51,563 nucleotides of DNA from Oligoflexales bacterium. GTDB taxonomy: Bacteria; Bdellovibrionota_B; Oligoflexia; Oligoflexales; RGVZ01. Made by a program: the position numbers and the translations under genes. Each line of letters opens with the position of its first letter. Position 1 is the stretch's first letter. The DNA lies in assembly GCA_947476525.1 (NCBI GenBank), contig CANJQY010000003.1, positions 1 to 51,563 on the forward strand. Direction: 5' to 3'. The notes below the pieces were generated by a model. It saw only the letters and a program-made list of their open reading frames with translations. It did no database searches and was not told the DNA's origin. This document shows positions 49,748-51,563 of the stretch, one piece after another.

Positions 49748-51273
49748 GTAGCAGACTCTGCATTCATTCGCTTTTGAATGATGCCAAGGGCTTCATCAAT
49801 TTTAATTCGTTGTTGAGTCGCCGTGTCTCGATCACGAATCGTAACTGTGTTGTCGTCGAGCGACTGCATGTCAACGGTGAGGCAATAGGGAGTACCGATT
49901 TCGTCGTGACGAGCATAGCGCTTTCCGATCGACTGCTGTTCATCGTAGCTTACGTTAAGGCCGGCTTGCCGGAGAATGCGGATGATCTCGCGAGCTTTTT
50001 CGGGCAGGCCGTCTTTTTTGACTAGTGGCAACACGGCGGCTTTGTAGGGTGCCAGTTTGGGGTGAAGTTTTAACACCACTCGTGATTTGTCCTTACCTTC
50101 ATGATCGACGCCGTGTTCTTCGTGGTAGGCGTCAAGGAGGAAGCACAGGACGCTGCGCGTAAGTCCTGCAGCTGGTTCAATAACATAGGGGATGTAACGC
50201 CAGCCGTTTTTTCCGGTGGTTGGATCTGGCTTATTTTGATCAAAATAGCTTAATTTAACACCGGTAGCTTCCGCATGTTTTGTAAGGTCGTAGTTGGTTC
50301 GTGAAGATATTCCTTCTAATTCGCCCCAGCCCCAAGGGTACATGTATTCGACGTCAAAACATCCGTCACTGTAATGGGCCAGTTCGTCTTCATCGTGAGC
50401 ACGAAGGCGAAATCCTCCACCATTATTAGCATAACGTTTATACCACGCCATTCGCTCACCACACCAATATTTCATCCACTCACCTTGAGTTCCTGGCTCG
50501 CAAAAGAATTCCATTTCCATTTGCTCGAACTCGCAGGATCTAAAAATATAGTGTTCGACAACAATCTCGTTTCTAAAACTTTTTCCGACCTGAGCAATGC
50601 CGAAAGGAACTTTCATGGACATCGATTGTTGGACATTTAGGAATTGGACAAACATGCCTTGTGCAGTTTCGGGGCGTAAGTAGACGGCCGTTTTTGCCGC
50701 AACTTCATCCACCGCAGCACGCCTCTGCTCCGCAGTCATGTGTGGTTCTATCGCGGCCAGCATATCAGTGGTTGGATCAACTGGCCCGAGGCTAGTGCGG
50801 AACATGAGATTAAAGTTACGCTCGGAGCTTAAATTTGGACATGCGCAAACTGGGCAGACGTAACCGCACGTGGCGACGGGAGCTTTTAATTTTTCAGCAG
50901 AAGTTTTTCCGCCTTTGTGAAACGTCATAAAAGTGCCGACTGGATGAGTCGGAGCTTTGTCAGCCCTAAAACGTTCCCGGCAATTTAAGCAGTCCACGAG
51001 CGGGTCAGAAAAACCGGATAGATGACCGGAGGTTTGCCAGACACGCGGATGCATCATAATACTTGAATCCAGACCTACGATATCTTCACGCTCATAAACC
51101 ATCGACCTCCACCATTCATTGGAGATATTGCGCTTAAGCTCTACTCCAAGTGGACCGTAATCGTAGCAACTTCTGAGGCCGCCGTAAATTTCTGAACTTT
51201 GAAAAATAAAACCGCGACGCTTACAAAGCGAGACGATTTTTGTCATGAGATCAATTGATGGTTCCTGTGACAC
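49741..51273 (-). CDS. glyQS: Glycine--tRNA ligase (homodimeric alpha2 type)
   Basis: CKRRGFIF.SSEIYGG, YLRPETAQG, GKSFRNEI, FEQMEMEFF, PYVIEPAAG, IGKRYARHDEIGTP. Confidence 0.98.
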   Translation of the reverse strand: MSQEPSIDLMTKIVSLCKRRGFIFQSSEIYGGLRSCYDYGPLGVELKRNISNEWWRSMVYEREDIVGLDSSIMMHPRVWQTSGHLSGFSDPLVDCLNCRERFRADKAPTHPVGTFMTFHKGGKTSAEKLKAPVATCGYVCPVCACPNLSSERNFNLMFRTSLGPVDPTTDMLAAIEPHMTAEQRRAAVDEVAAKTAVYLRPETAQGMFVQFLNVQQSMSMKVPFGIAQVGKSFRNEIVVEHYIFRSCEFEQMEMEFFCEPGTQGEWMKYWCGERMAWYKRYANNGGGFRLRAHDEDELAHYSDGCFDVEYMYPWGWGELEGISSRTNYDLTKHAEATGVKLSYFDQNKPDPTTGKNGWRYIPYVIEPAAGLTRSVLCFLLDAYHEEHGVDHEGKDKSRVVLKLHPKLAPYKAAVLPLVKKDGLPEKAREIIRILRQAGLNVSYDEQQSIGKRYARHDEIGTPYCLTVDMQSLDDNTVTIRDRDTATQQRIKIDEALGIIQKRMNAESATC

Positions 51274-51563
51274 GCGTCAGTTCTCCTGCCATTGGTTTAT
51301 CTAGCTGTTATACCTTGAGAAAGCGAGTCTGACAAACAAAAGGTAAGGTTCACGGGGGGTTGTCCACCTGAGGTGCGTGTAAAGAGGGCATATATTGGAG
51401 ATTTACTGGCCGATGAGCCATGTTTTTCGAAAACGACCAATAATTATGAACCGCGGGGGGCTCTGTATTTTTTGTTAGAAACGCCTCATTTCCTAGATAT
51501 TTGACTGAAATTGCTGCTATAATTGAGATATCCGAAACGGCAATGGTTCTTCAGCCGAGGTGA

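Noticed and set aside
49665-49763. N-terminal extension (ANKRLRA)n of the 49158 ORF
   Set aside because: It is the translation of a 21-bp intergenic tandem repeat overlapping glyQS; a better start with RBS lies at 49664-49670.
724-50640. Numerous 60-215 aa ORFs antisense to or overlapping well-supported genes
   Set aside because: Shadow ORFs with no recognisable motifs or RBS. The exceptions are 1879-2569 (RT fragments), 4290-4487 (ATPase fragment) and 17905-18126 (IS6 tail), treated above.
51554-51563. Possible 5' start of a tRNA-Leu (GCCGAGGTGA) after an extended -10 (TGCTATAAT)
   Set aside because: Only 10 nt are visible at the window edge, so it cannot be supported.

Overview
Bacterial chromosomal window with two parts. 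The gene content (lipoproteins, CHASE2 cyclase, STAS/Zn-ribbon protein, homodimeric GlyRS, archaeal-type ProRS) suggests a Bdellovibrionota/Oligoflexia-like host, which is an inference. (1) Positions ~1-13020 are an accessory mosaic island. It opens with a decayed diversity-generating retroelement (DGR) that the ORF track misses: a 5'-truncated surface-protein gene ending in a DUF1566/CLec domain with a variable-repeat-like 3' end broken by a +1 frameshift, facing a fragmented DGR-type reverse transcriptase (PPHKSLF, GLPIGNL-TQFFANV, GLDHLG and INSYLGH motifs across three frames, YxDD segment deleted). Next come an AAA_14/DUF4143 ATPase, a 1241-aa DUF285/FN3 lipoprotein behind a perfect sigma-28 promoter and bracketed by a ~165-bp direct repeat, a nucleotidyltransferase fragment, two toxin-antitoxin pairs and an orphan lipoprotein. 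The modules are repeatedly separated by short TGT...ACA-bounded motifs and hairpins, and the island stops at a TGT/ACA-type end near 13021; this may be an undescribed cassette-shuffling or transposon-end system. (2) Positions ~13037-51563 are mostly core genome: yqgE, a DUF3570/DUF4266/thioredoxin operon behind a heptamer VNTR, an IS6 scar, two GT9 glycosyltransferases, guaB, guaA, dnaE, NFACT, an adenosine deaminase-like gene, a REC-TPR regulator, proS, ade, a CHASE2 adenylate cyclase flanked by a duplicated ade 3' end, tRNA-Arg(UCU), a DnaC-like ATPase and glyQS. All calls come from reading motifs by eye; no database searches were run.
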